Shown here one piece after another: positions 8,300 through 19,518 of a stretch of DNA of 32,756 nt. Origin of the DNA: Trichomonas gallinae (lineage: Eukaryota); assembly GCA_008369845.1 (NCBI GenBank), contig MRSU01011305.1:1-32756 (forward strand), given 5' to 3'. How positions within the stretch are numbered: the first letter of the stretch is position 1; each line of letters opens with the position of its first letter. The translations under genes were made by a program, and so were the position numbers. The notes under the pieces are model-generated. The model saw nothing but the letters and a program-made list of their open reading frames with translations, did no database searches and was not told the DNA's origin.

Positions 8300-10114
8300 T
8301 TAATCTTGATAACTATCTATAAGTTTTTTCAGTTGTGGATCATTTGTAAGCTCTGCAGCTGTAAGTCCAGCGTCATTTTTGAGCTCAATATTTGCGCCGT
8401 TTTCGAGAAGATATCTTACGATGTTTGTGTATCCTTTGTAGGCTGCCCTGTGAAGCGGGCTCCACTTCTTTTTATCAACAACATCAACGTTTGCTCCTCT
8501 TCTTATCAACTCCTGCACAGAGACAATTGAGTCATTATCTACAGCTCGCGCGAGTGGAGTCCATCCGTCTTTATTTCTGAAGTTGGTATCAGCGCCAATC
8601 GCAACCAAATAAGTAACAATTCTGCCGAATCCTGCCCCTCTCAATAAAGGTGTCGACTTTGTTTTGTCTGGGAGATCGAAATTCACGTCATTATTCGCAA
8701 AGTATTCGAGTAATGCAATGTTGTTGTTCATAGCACATAGATGAGTGACATTCATTCCGCTTGAATTAACGACGTTTTTGTTTGCGTTCAATGTCTCGCA
8801 CAAGAATATCACTCTCTTTCTATTTGCGTGAGTTATTGCATAAAGCAATGGTGTGTTACCTTCATTATCTTTCATCTCAATGTTTGCTCCATTTTTAACC
8901 AAAAACATTATCATTTCGTCACTGCCATTCGCTACTGCTTCAAACAAAACAGTCTGCCCGTTTTCGTCTTTTTGGTTCACTTTTACACCACTTTTAATTA
9001 AAATTTTCATCATTTCGATTCCATTCCTCATATTGCATCTGAACAGCAAATTTCGCTTGTTGGAATCGAGAACATTTGTTTTGAATCCTTTACTCAAAAT
9101 GAACTTAACCATTTCGATGTTTTCGCTTCTCAATGTTTCGTATATTAAATAGTTGTTTCTTATCTTGACGTTAATATCTAAACCTCTGTTGAGTAAGTAC
9201 TCCAAGATGCTATATTGACAGTTTTGCGCTGCATGGAACATTGTTTCTGGCGTGATGAAAGCGTTTTTCTGTTCAACGAGATATTTGAATATTAAAAAGT
9301 TTCCTCTTGCGCTTCTTTCTAGTATTAAGCTTAGATCCACACCAGAAGATGCAAAATATAGATCAAATGCTGTATTAAATTTGTATTTGAATGTTCCATT
9401 TTCTTGAATATTTAGATTCAAATTATAAGTTTGAATTATCCATTCAAATATTGTATTTCTGTGAGCTGATATTGCTAAATTTGCGAATTGAGAAAAATTA
9501 ATGCCACTTTGCACACAAATTTCGAAAATTTCTTCATTTTCTCCTAAAACTACATATCTTGCAATTTTATCTTCTAATTTAAAACCATTGAGCATAAGAT
9601 AGTTAAATACTTGTGCAGATCCGCAAAGAGCTGCAAATTCAAGTAAATTTATAAATAATTCGTGAGATTTGATTTTGACTTCAAATGAAAGCAGATTCTT
9701 CTGCGTTGCATGAATTGACAGCTGAGAAACGTCGTCGTTTATGATACAATGCTCAATTGAGCCTTCTTCAAATTTCGTTTCATAATTATTGATTTGTCGA
9801 GTAACATCATCTGTTTTATCTTCATCAAGGAGTCCTACATATGTTGCTAATGCTGAAAATTGTAATTGACGTGAAGAAATTTTCAAACATCTAAAAATGT
9901 TTCCTAGAAGCTTGAAACATAATGGATTGTATTCGGATGAATCAGCTAACATGGATCCAATAGAATATATGTAATTTCTGTCGAATGTTTTAATAAATTC
10001 CAAAATCTCAGCGTAATTTGATTCATTGATGTGATAAACAAGTTCTTCAAGTTTGCACCAGCTTTGTATCAATGGATCTGACTTTGACAAAATCTCTTCG
10101 ATAACATTGAACAT
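8300..10114 (-). CDS. Ankyrin-repeat protein with DUF3447-like N-terminal region
   Basis: Repeats GQTVLFEAV, GNTPLLYAI, GMNVTHLCA, GWTPLARAV, KWSPLHRAAYKG; N-terminal IINDDV...LEFAALCGSAQVFNYL...AISAHRNTIFEWI pattern of the trichomonad ankyrin family. The start is placed at ATG 10114 because Inr TCATT (10129-10133) precedes it; the longer ATG at 10219 is the alternative. Confidence 0.92.
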   Translation of the reverse strand: MFNVIEEILSKSDPLIQSWCKLEELVYHINESNYAEILEFIKTFDRNYIYSIGSMLADSSEYNPLCFKLLGNIFRCLKISSRQLQFSALATYVGLLDEDKTDDVTRQINNYETKFEEGSIEHCIINDDVSQLSIHATQKNLLSFEVKIKSHELFINLLEFAALCGSAQVFNYLMLNGFKLEDKIARYVVLGENEEIFEICVQSGINFSQFANLAISAHRNTIFEWIIQTYNLNLNIQENGTFKYKFNTAFDLYFASSGVDLSLILERSARGNFLIFKYLVEQKNAFITPETMFHAAQNCQYSILEYLLNRGLDINVKIRNNYLIYETLRSENIEMVKFILSKGFKTNVLDSNKRNLLFRCNMRNGIEMMKILIKSGVKVNQKDENGQTVLFEAVANGSDEMIMFLVKNGANIEMKDNEGNTPLLYAITHANRKRVIFLCETLNANKNVVNSSGMNVTHLCAMNNNIALLEYFANNDVNFDLPDKTKSTPLLRGAGFGRIVTYLVAIGADTNFRNKDGWTPLARAVDNDSIVSVQELIRRGANVDVVDKKKWSPLHRAAYKGYTNIVRYLLENGANIELKNDAGLTAAELTNDPQLKKLIDSYQD

Positions 10115-10699
10115 CGTCCAGTTTCTGAAATGAATAATTTGGATCAGATTTAACATCAAAAGGCACAAATAAAGCCAATTATCATCAATTCGTTCATGAT
10201 TTTCATGAAATATTATCATGAAAATTTAAATAGATTTAAAACTATTATATATGCAACAAAATTTTATTATGCATTCTGAAAACATATGAAATGATGAATC
10301 AAAGTTTTACAATTCCAATTTTTCAATTCAATCAATATTATTTTCCTTATTTAACTTAGTTGCCCAAAAATACATATATAAAATAGTCATTATCTAGCTA
10401 ATTTTCAAATATTTCCTGTTATTTTTTATATTTTACAAAGTTTCTGGTATTTTTGATTATTGTTAATAGAAGCTGACTTGTTCTATCATAACATCTTTGT
10501 AAAATGTTTTGTAAATTGCATATATATAGATATGAGTGGTGATTCACATTAAAATGAAGTTAAGCAAGATTCAACATTATGAATGAACATCGAAAGAAAT
10601 AAACAATCAAGCCAAATGAAGTAGTACAATATCATATTCATTTTGTAAAAAAAAAATATCAATGATGTAACATTTCATATATGAAAATTACACTTTTTT

Positions 10700-12232
10700 T
10701 TACTCATCAAAGCCCTCTTCCTCTTCAGGATGAGGATCCTCATCAACACAATAAGCAACACCCTGCGGCATCGGCTGGAAGCCAAGCTCCTCCTGCGGGA
10801 TTCCGTACTCGGTCATCTTCGCCTGGTAGGACTTGTAGATGTTGTTAAACGCTTCTTGCACTTTCCTCAGTTCGACTTCCAGCTGGTTTATCCTTGCGTT
10901 CTTCACAGCCATGACGTCTTCTATCTTCGCTGAGATTGCAGTCGCGTCCAGTCCCTTCCTCTGCATCACCTGCTGCAGCTGCATCTCCTTCTGCTCGAGT
11001 ACTTCGTGCATCTTCTGGACCTTCTGCTCGAGAATGAACGCCCTGAACTCTGTCCTCTGCCTGACGTCGTGTATAGATGTCTCGAACTGATCATAGAGCG
11101 CGTCTCTCTCCTGCTCGAGCTGCTCGAACCTCTGCTCGAGGACTTCTTGTGCGAGTTGGAGGTTGCGCTTCTCTTCTTCGAGGACTTTGATCTTGGCTTT
11201 GTTCTGGGCGAGCTTGGACTTCGCGCGTTTGTAGTCGTCGATTTCTTTGAGAAGTTTCTCGTTTTCTTCTTTCAGGGCCTTGAGAGGCTCTTCTAGCTCC
11301 CTGCGGCGTGCGAAACGCTCATCCACGTCCTTGCGTACGCTGTTGATGAGTGTTTTAGACTGCGCGATCTTCGCTTTGGAATTCTTGATAACTTCTAAGT
11401 TGTTGTGCGTGACACCTGAGAAGAAACGCTTGATATGATCGAACGCGAGAGCATTCTTTTCTTGTAGTTGCTTGATTTGCTCGTTTTTATGTCTTTCAAG
11501 TTCTTCTGTTTCGCGAATTCTCTGTTCTTCGAGTTGAGCGCGCATTGCTGCGGTTCTGTACTCGTTTCTGGCACGGCTTGCTTCGACTCTGCGTTCAAAT
11601 GCTTCGCGAAGAGCAGTAAACGTGCGATCTTGTTCTGTCCTTAATGCCGTTAAAATAACTTCGTTCTGTAAGTAAATATGGTTTTTGTCGGATCTTATGA
11701 GGTCGACTGTGCGCTCAGGATCTGTCTGTGCCATAAGTTGTTCTTGGCGCGCTTGATAAAGTTGCTGCTCGCCTTGGTAGTAGGCCTCCGAAAACTCGTT
11801 CTGATTTGCTGCCATGAGGTGCTTAACCTTCTTCTGATAGACGCGAAGCTGTGCAGCGCAAGCTTCCTTAGTTTCTTCAATATCTCTAAGCGCATTAGCC
11901 TTAACAGTCTCTAAATCAGCAACTTCTTGCTGCGCGATTCTGTATTCTCTGATCAAAGCATCCTGAAGAAGTGAATGGAACTCTGTATCTGCTTTTGCTT
12001 TCTTATCATCCTCCATAATCTGATTTTTTTCCGCCTCCTTTTGTAGTGTCTGCTTCTGGGCATCCGCGATGTTTGTTTTCAGTTCTTCGATGGCTGCACG
12101 TGTTTTTGCTTTATTCGCTGCGATTTGCTCCTTCGATAATTTGGCTGGCTTCCCCTTGGCGGTCTTGCCAGACTTCGCTGACTCGGCACCTGGCTGGGCT
12201 CCTTCGGTCTTCTCAGGCGCAGATTCGGTCAT
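10700..12232 (-). CDS. GAS8: Growth-arrest-specific 8 / dynein regulatory complex subunit 4 (trypanin)
   Basis: Coiled-coil protein with GAS8 signatures LRVYQKKVKHL, IKRFFSGVTHNNLEVI, ERDALYDQFETSIHDVRQRT and YQAKMTEYGIPQEELGFQP. The stop overlaps TAAA. Confidence 0.88.
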   Translation of the reverse strand: MTESAPEKTEGAQPGAESAKSGKTAKGKPAKLSKEQIAANKAKTRAAIEELKTNIADAQKQTLQKEAEKNQIMEDDKKAKADTEFHSLLQDALIREYRIAQQEVADLETVKANALRDIEETKEACAAQLRVYQKKVKHLMAANQNEFSEAYYQGEQQLYQARQEQLMAQTDPERTVDLIRSDKNHIYLQNEVILTALRTEQDRTFTALREAFERRVEASRARNEYRTAAMRAQLEEQRIRETEELERHKNEQIKQLQEKNALAFDHIKRFFSGVTHNNLEVIKNSKAKIAQSKTLINSVRKDVDERFARRRELEEPLKALKEENEKLLKEIDDYKRAKSKLAQNKAKIKVLEEEKRNLQLAQEVLEQRFEQLEQERDALYDQFETSIHDVRQRTEFRAFILEQKVQKMHEVLEQKEMQLQQVMQRKGLDATAISAKIEDVMAVKNARINQLEVELRKVQEAFNNIYKSYQAKMTEYGIPQEELGFQPMPQGVAYCVDEDPHPEEEEGFDE

Positions 12233-13077
12233 TAAGAAAAATTTTCTAAAAAATACGTTACAAACTGTTTTTCGCGAAAAATCGATTTTATTTAGATTTA
12301 TCCATTGTTTTATATTGTTTATAGCATATTTAGTGAAAATGTTTAATAAAATATATATGTTGTCGATTAGATTTAAATTATCAAATTCTGTTATATCTTT
12401 AAAATATTTTTGGAATTATATAATATTGAAGCATTCTTGGATGAAATATTATATTTATATAGTGGAGACCTAGATGCTGTTATTTGAATTCTATCAAAAT
12501 ATTATTTTATTGTTATATGTGCTTATCTTGCATTTTCAATAAGGGTATAACGATATTAGTTTATGTTGGATCTGATGATATGTTAGTATACTAAAGATAA
12601 ATTATATCAAATTATATTTCGAGACATATGAATATTACGTTATTTTTCTATGCATGAATATTTGCATGTAAAATTGACTTAAAAAATGAAATTGAATTAT
12701 ATTTCATAATTAAGTCATTTTGACTGTGTTTTTAGCTTGTTTATCAGGGTCATAATGTGGAAAATCTATTTTTTAATTGGTGTTTGGCGTTATTATTGAT
12801 TTGAAATTTAATATCAAATATTTTCATGTTATCGATGCATTTGAGATTTGTTTATATGCGGGTTGTGATATGGAAATGAAACAGAAAAGATCTGTAAATA
12901 TGTCATTAGTTGATTTCGATTATTGATAAGAAAGGAATTTCAAATATTGATTATTAATGGATTTGAATCAATAAATCATGAAAGCAATGAGATGGTCATA
13001 GATTTTCGTTGTCTTTGCCAACGGATTTCACGAATAGACAGTTTATTTAATTAAGATTAAATACTAATATAAACATT

Positions 13078-14208
13078 CTAATTGCTTAACTTCATCATTT
13101 CAAGCAAGTCGGTCTGCTGGTTCACCACTGCGAGTCCTTCTGTGACATGAAAAACGAAAATTGGCGGCGGCGAATAAAATGGCTTTCCAAGAGTGATGCA
13201 GACATCACCGTTTGTTATCCTGTAAGCAGCAAGGCCTCCTGACATCCTCGGGACCATGAACACGCCAGATGTATCAACTGCACCGTCTGCAGCAGTTGTT
13301 GTGTCGTCATCAGGGACGACGTAAAAAACGAACCACCAGTTTTTCACTGTGTCGTACGCGCGGACCATTGCGTACTTCTGCTTGTCGATGAGTCCACCAA
13401 TCAGGATGAGGTACCTATCAACAGGTACGAGATAGGCTCCCTTGAGGTCAAATGAAGGCGGAGAGCCAGTTACAATTTTGCTGTCAATTAATTGCGTGTC
13501 AAAATCAAAAACGATCATATCATCGAGTTTGGATGCGCAGCATATATACAGCTTATGTCCTAGCACCGCCCAACAGGCTCCTTCTCGGCCAGGGACTTGC
13601 GTTGGAAGAATTTTCCACGCGTTCGAAGGAATATCGTAGAGCCAAATATCCTCCAATATCTGACCATTGAAGCCTCCCCAGATCACGATCTGGTTGTTAT
13701 AGGCTGCCATGACATGGCCTGTCCTTGGGCATGGCATCGGCGTGTCACAATATATCTGCTTTACCTGCATAGAATTCAAATCAATCGCGTGAAAATCAGC
13801 AAAATAATTTTGATTTTGATGACCGCCGAATAAGAACAAAGTCGAACCGACGACAACAGACGTCGTTCCACTGCGTGGTGCAGGCACATAACCTGTTAAA
13901 CTACATTTTGTCCATACCGCATTTCTTAAATTTAATGCCCAAAAATCATTTAGATACTGGCCGTTCTCTAGCTGGCCATATCCCATGACCGCGATGTCCC
14001 TGTCCGGGATAAAACTATAAAAAACGTTATTTCTGTTCTCAGGTGTTAAAGAGTTAGGCAAATAAACTGACCATTTAGACTGAAGGTGGGTCTCCCTGAC
14101 CTTGTTTATCGGCACAGTCGGCCGCGCAATGGTCGCCCTCTTCTTCATGGTCGACATTCCTGTGAAACCTTTATGATGATAAAACTCAGCGCTTTCGTTT
14201 CCTCCCAT
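13078..14208 (-). CDS. Kelch-repeat (beta-propeller) protein, probably N-myristoylated
   Basis: Kelch blades PAPRSGTT..LFLFGG..YFADFH, PCPRTGHVM..IVIWGG..LEDIWLYD..W, YLILIGG..YD..W; N-terminus MGGNES fits MGxxxS; Inr TCATT at 14216-14220. Confidence 0.9.
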   Translation of the reverse strand: MGGNESAEFYHHKGFTGMSTMKKRATIARPTVPINKVRETHLQSKWSVYLPNSLTPENRNNVFYSFIPDRDIAVMGYGQLENGQYLNDFWALNLRNAVWTKCSLTGYVPAPRSGTTSVVVGSTLFLFGGHQNQNYFADFHAIDLNSMQVKQIYCDTPMPCPRTGHVMAAYNNQIVIWGGFNGQILEDIWLYDIPSNAWKILPTQVPGREGACWAVLGHKLYICCASKLDDMIVFDFDTQLIDSKIVTGSPPSFDLKGAYLVPVDRYLILIGGLIDKQKYAMVRAYDTVKNWWFVFYVVPDDDTTTAADGAVDTSGVFMVPRMSGGLAAYRITNGDVCITLGKPFYSPPPIFVFHVTEGLAVVNQQTDLLEMMKLSN

Positions 14209-15145
14209 GAAAAATAATGAAAAATTTTTTCTGTAAAAACTGCTTAACAGGACAGACTAATAATAACAGTCATAACAGATATCTTTCTTTTTTAAAAAAT
14301 CTTGGATAAAAAAATTATGGTATTTTATTCTATCATACAAAATAAGCATAATTGTCGTTAATTTTCCATCGTTAAAAACTCTCAATTGATTTGTCAAATT
14401 ATTTTTTGTGGGTGAAATAATCGTTTCGATTACCTTAAAATTTTTGCTGTTATTTTCACGAAATATTTATTTGTAGACAATTTTATCTCAGAAAACAGCA
14501 AAATTACGACTTTTTTTGAAGAAATTTTCAATTGATGAAATTTAATAGATAAAAATCACGATAAATTGCTTTGGGTACAAAATATATGGCTTATATAAAT
14601 ATTAGATTTGAAGTTACAACTCATTTCGACCAAATTATATTGGGTTTTAAATTTTCTGTTAGTAAAAACATTTATCAATTAACATATAATCTACTAATAT
14701 ATAGATAATTAATAAAGGATAGTGAATGGCACTTAAATATGAAAAATTGATGAAATATAGTGAATTCTCTCGCAAAACGATAAGGATTTTAATATAATCA
14801 TATTATTAGCATATGGAAAGGGCATTCAATGATGTATTACAATTTCGGACATTGAAATGATGTTGAATTCAGATGCGCGGATTTTTTTGCAAATAAAAAT
14901 ACGATCAATGGTGTTATTCTAACATAAAACTATACTAATTTTAGCAAACAAAATCAAATTATCAAATTTAGAAGTCTTCAAATCAAACAAATAAACTTAA
15001 TATAATATCAAAATTCATGAAAATTGCAATTTAAAAGTTGATTGATAGATAGGAGAAAAATTATGACGGAAAGATTCCAAAAATAATAAGATAAATTTAG
15101 AAATAAAAAAAATTGTGAACAAATATATAATTATAAAAAAGAGAG

Positions 15146-18100
15146 TTAGTTGTTGTCATCCAAATCATCGTCATCATCAAGTTCGACGTTGAATGTCTTG
15201 AGAGCCGCCTTAAGATCGAAGTTTTCGTCAACATCTTCGTCATCATCATCAAGATCTAAGTCTTGAGAGAGTTTCATATACAATCCTTCGTTTTCTTCCT
15301 TTGTCTGTGTCTGAAGGTCATCAGAGTTTGCGCTGATTTCTTCATTGACTTCCTCATCATTGGACTTCATCAAATCCGCATCATTGATGACGATTTTAGA
15401 GCTCTTCTTTTCCTCTTTTAGCTCTTCTTCTTTGGCGTCTTCTTCCTCGAGGTCTTCGTCTCTGATGTTCATTTTCCTCTTGAACTCTTCGAGATCGTTG
15501 AGGTCGAAATCATCTTCCTCTTCAAGTGCATCGTCGATGTTTGCCAACTCTTCTTCAATCTTCTTGACCATGTCTGGTTCGATTTCCTGCTCCTTGGCTT
15601 CTTCTTCCTCGCCGAGTTTTCTGTCTTGCTTCTCTTCTCTTGGTGCCTTCTCTGGTGTCTGTGTGCCGACAACTTCATGGTCGTTGTTGTCTTCTTCCTC
15701 TTCGTCATCGAGGTGGTTCTTCTTGATATATTCTCTGATGGCGTTGAAGTCGATCTCTTCTTCTTCCTCATTTTCTTCTTCATTGTTCATCTTGAGCTCT
15801 ATACCAGAGTGCTCCTCGTCCTCGTTTGGTGGAAGAACCTCGCTGCCTTCATTAGCGTCATCCTCCTTCTTCTTGTTATCAGAGTCTGTTTCTTCTGGGA
15901 AGCTTGGCTGTGTTGGGCTTGGTGGACCGGAGAATCTGATCTCATCATTCTCTGAGTCTCTCTCGATGATGACGTCTTCGCCAATCTTCTGGATTGATGT
16001 GTTGGAAGAGCCAACTTTGATCTTGTGTGCCTTGATCAAAGAGATCTCATCAACTTCCTCTTCTTCTTCAACCTTTGGCTCAGCCTCTTCATCATTCTTC
16101 TTCTCATCTTCATCATCTTTTTCTACTGGTTTTGCCTGTTCCATCTTTGCAGCTGGCTTAGCTTCCTCTATCTTTGCAGCTGGTTTGGTTTCTTCCTTCT
16201 TTGGTTTTACTTCTTCAGCTTTCTTTGGAGCTGGCTTAGCTTCTTCCTTCTTTGCAACTGGTTTAGTTTCTTCTTTCTTTTGGGCTGGCTTGGATTCTTC
16301 GGATTTCTTTAATGCTTGAGAAGATTTTTGTGGGGATGGCATATGTTCTTCTTCCTCACGGTTTTCCTCCTCTTCTTCACCTTCCATTATGTCCTGGATG
16401 TTGATCTTTCCGAGGTTTGTCTTCTTGAGTGAAGTGTTGAGCTCCTGGTCGATGTTTGAGGCGGCATCGTCTTCAGGCTGTTCTTCCTCCTCTTCTTCTT
16501 CATCGATTCTGATTGATTTGATGAATTTCTGGAGTTTGACGATTCTCTCTTCGTAGTTCTTGTCGTTGAACTCGTCTTCATCAGTTGGTTCTTCGAATGA
16601 TCCATCGTCATCGAAGTTGTCCTTCTTGATTTCCTCGTCAACATCTCTTTCTTTGACATCTTCTTCCTCTTCGACAATCTCGTCATCGACTTCGACTTCG
16701 TTTTGGTCTTCCTCAACTTGTTCGACTTCTTGTTCTTCCTCATGGTGCTCTTCTTCTTCATTGTGCTCTTCTTGTTGTTCTTCGGGCTGCTTCTCTGGTT
16801 CATCTTCGAAGAGTGAAGAAATTGAATCATCATCTTGTTCAGCTGGCTTCTTTTCTTCTGGCTTAACACCACGAGCGCCGGCAATTCTCTCGTTGACTCT
16901 TCTGATGAGCTCATCAGCTGAAGACATGTCGTCGGAATCATCGTCAATAACTAAAATTCCGTTATTGGCCTTAAGCTTGTCCTTCTTTTGCTGCTCGAGC
17001 TGTTGCTGCTTCTTGGACTTGTATTGAGGAACGTTTAAGTCAGATGAGCCAGATGAAATTGAGATATGAGTATTCTTTGTTGTCTTTGGATTCTTGAGGA
17101 TGGATTTCGGCTTCTGTTCAACAATGGAGTCTTCATTTGAGTCATATGAATCAATTGGCTCATTTTGGCGAACTTTTTGGAGAATTTCTCTGTTCTTTGA
17201 TTTTTGATCCTCCTTCTTTTGTGGTTCCTTTGCGTTAACATCAGAAATTTGCTTGCTCAAGCTTCTGATCTTTTGTGTTTGCTGAGCAATGAATTCAGAA
17301 ACGCTTGTATCTGATTCAGAGTCATATATGATTGAGCGAGCTGTCTTCTTATCCATCTGCTTGCCTTTAGATTGCTTTTGTTCAAGAAATGAGATCGAAG
17401 AAGATTCAGAATCATCAATTTCCAAGAATGAAGACTTCTTTGGCTGCTGCTTAGCGGATCTTGATTGGTGGTGGCTTTGCTTGCGTGTTTGAACTGGGAT
17501 TTGAACAGAATCTGATTCTGATGTTGATTCAGAAATCTGTAAAATTCCGCTGATTGTCTTCTTGTTGCGGCTTGTATGTGTTGATTTCTTTGGAGGAGCA
17601 TATTTGGCCGGTAAGTCAACGGTAGATGAAACTGAGCTTGAATCATCTGAGAATTCGTATTTGTTGATTAACGGTTTCTTTTGTGGCTTCATGTTGGACT
17701 TGCGCTTCTTTGTAGGAATTGAAATATCTGATTCATCTGAATTTTCTGTAATGCTCTCATCGAAATTCTTAAGAGATGTCGCACGCTTACGCTGTAGCTT
17801 GTTGTCGCGGGATGAGATGGATCTCCTCTTCTGAGCGAAATTGATTAAAATATCGTCATCGCCAGAGTCTGAGGAGCTCAAATCGTAAATCGGGACAATG
17901 CTGTTGCGTCTTGGAACTGTTTTCTGGTATTTGCGTGAGCTTATTTTCATTTTATCCTCGAAATCTGAGTCTGAAGAATCTTCAAGAAGCTCATCAAGCT
18001 CCTCCCTTGTGAATTTGTGTGGTTGGCTAGAAACCTTATGAGACTTTGTCATTGTCTTCGTTTGTGGAGGAACGAAATCGAAAGAATCAGAATCTGAAGA

Positions 18101-18553
18101 AGAAAAGCTTTCTTGAAGCAAAGAGTTGAGATCATATTTCTTTGGTAAGATGGATGGTACCTGTTTTGGCTGATTTTGTTGACTGTTGAAGTATTTTTGA
18201 GAGAATGTTGATGGTTGTTGGCCGTATTTATTGCTTGGCGGGTTGGAACCCTTATAAACAGGGACAACGCTTGGTTTATTTCCGCATCTTGGCTGCTTAT
18301 AAGGAGAATTTGAGCGACCTTGCATATTTCGTGTTGGCGAATTGCAAGTTCTTTGTGTTCCGTATGCTGCATTTTGTTGTTTTAATGGAGATTCCTTGCG
18401 TTTAGGCGCTTCGTACGCTCTAACTGTTTGGTGAATTTTAGATGCAGGGTACTGAGACAGATTTCCATATGGTTTTCGCGGTGGGTTGTAGTAGCTTCCA
18501 TTCATCTGAGGAGAATTGAGCTTTTTATTACTCTCGCCTCTGTGAAAACTCAT
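15146..18553 (-). CDS. Large intrinsically disordered protein: basic/Pro N-terminus, alternating Ser-acidic and Lys-rich modules, Glu/Asp-rich C-terminal half
   Basis: 1135-codon ORF with coding-type composition; no globular domain recognised. Confidence 0.85.
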   Translation of the reverse strand: MSFHRGESNKKLNSPQMNGSYYNPPRKPYGNLSQYPASKIHQTVRAYEAPKRKESPLKQQNAAYGTQRTCNSPTRNMQGRSNSPYKQPRCGNKPSVVPVYKGSNPPSNKYGQQPSTFSQKYFNSQQNQPKQVPSILPKKYDLNSLLQESFSSSDSDSFDFVPPQTKTMTKSHKVSSQPHKFTREELDELLEDSSDSDFEDKMKISSRKYQKTVPRRNSIVPIYDLSSSDSGDDDILINFAQKRRSISSRDNKLQRKRATSLKNFDESITENSDESDISIPTKKRKSNMKPQKKPLINKYEFSDDSSSVSSTVDLPAKYAPPKKSTHTSRNKKTISGILQISESTSESDSVQIPVQTRKQSHHQSRSAKQQPKKSSFLEIDDSESSSISFLEQKQSKGKQMDKKTARSIIYDSESDTSVSEFIAQQTQKIRSLSKQISDVNAKEPQKKEDQKSKNREILQKVRQNEPIDSYDSNEDSIVEQKPKSILKNPKTTKNTHISISSGSSDLNVPQYKSKKQQQLEQQKKDKLKANNGILVIDDDSDDMSSADELIRRVNERIAGARGVKPEEKKPAEQDDDSISSLFEDEPEKQPEEQQEEHNEEEEHHEEEQEVEQVEEDQNEVEVDDEIVEEEEDVKERDVDEEIKKDNFDDDGSFEEPTDEDEFNDKNYEERIVKLQKFIKSIRIDEEEEEEEQPEDDAASNIDQELNTSLKKTNLGKINIQDIMEGEEEEENREEEEHMPSPQKSSQALKKSEESKPAQKKEETKPVAKKEEAKPAPKKAEEVKPKKEETKPAAKIEEAKPAAKMEQAKPVEKDDEDEKKNDEEAEPKVEEEEEVDEISLIKAHKIKVGSSNTSIQKIGEDVIIERDSENDEIRFSGPPSPTQPSFPEETDSDNKKKEDDANEGSEVLPPNEDEEHSGIELKMNNEEENEEEEEIDFNAIREYIKKNHLDDEEEEDNNDHEVVGTQTPEKAPREEKQDRKLGEEEEAKEQEIEPDMVKKIEEELANIDDALEEEDDFDLNDLEEFKRKMNIRDEDLEEEDAKEEELKEEKKSSKIVINDADLMKSNDEEVNEEISANSDDLQTQTKEENEGLYMKLSQDLDLDDDDEDVDENFDLKAALKTFNVELDDDDDLDDNN
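16124..16310 (-). repeat. ~27-bp coding tandem repeat (KKEE[AT]KP[AV][AP])
   Basis: KKEETKPVA, KKEEAKPAP, KKAEEVKP, KKEETKPAA, KIEEAKPAA, KMEQAKPVE in succession. Confidence 0.85.
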
Positions 18554-19518
18554 ATTTATATTTTTTCTTTTTGTAAAAATTATTGAATAAGTGTGGCACC
18601 ATTGACCGTTTACTTCTCGTTTACATAAAAAAAATTATTTCGGAGCCTGTATAACTACGTGAGCTTACAAAGGCAAATTAACGAGTTTTTGTCGCAAATT
18701 ACGCGGCATTTTTGGCATTTTTTCATTCTTTTGGCAACAATGTATATTTTAGGGTATAAGTCATTTCTTTATGCATTTCTTCGACTAAAAATCTAGTTAA
18801 CACTCAATAATATCAGAATATTTTTTATTCAAATTTCAAATATTTGAATTACAAACTCACACACAACATAAATAGAATTATATTGATGAGAATAGCATAT
18901 ATTTACATATAGAGGACTTGTAGATACAAATTTTATTTGTCTCATTCTATTTGATTAGAAACCAAATGCATTCATCAATTAAACAAACATACTGATCTTA
19001 TAAAAGAATCAAACCTATAAGTTATAGTTCTTAAATCAGAATAATATAAAAAATTCATTATATTATCGACTTCTTAGTCAATAATGATTCAAATTTGAAT
19101 CAACCATACTACTTAAATTGCTATTTAGACACAATGAACTTGTAAAAAGATATAACCACAAATAATTAACTATGAACAAAGCCTATAATCACTAGCAAGG
19201 CAAAATGAAATCAAAAATATATTCATAAATCAATCATACAGATGTTAATCTTAATACTAGTTGATTATCTCATTCATAATATTTTATCATCATTAGATAA
19301 TATAATAAAAATCAATATAGATGCTTCTATAGTCTTATAAACACGTAACACTTTAGCGAATATGTGTGTTAGCCAGTCTAGTGAATGGATACTATTGATT
19401 TTTTTTCGTGTCGTAAAATTTGAGAGGAATCTGACCATTAATTTTCTCAAAATTCAAAATTTTTTATCGTCCTAAAATAACTGAATTTTTTTGCCAACTA
19501 AAATTTTCATAATCAAAA

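Noticed and set aside
12069..12473. 134-aa + strand ORF overlapping the GAS8 start
   Set aside because: Antisense shadow running into AT-rich spacer with F/I/Y-biased composition.
15345..17834. Ser/Phe-rich antisense ORFs over the acidic protein
   Set aside because: They are reverse complements of GAA/GAT-rich codons.
18855..18866. ACTCACACACAA, similar to the trichomonad intron 3' motif ACTAACACACAG
   Set aside because: It lacks the branch-site match and the terminal AG, and has no flanking exons.
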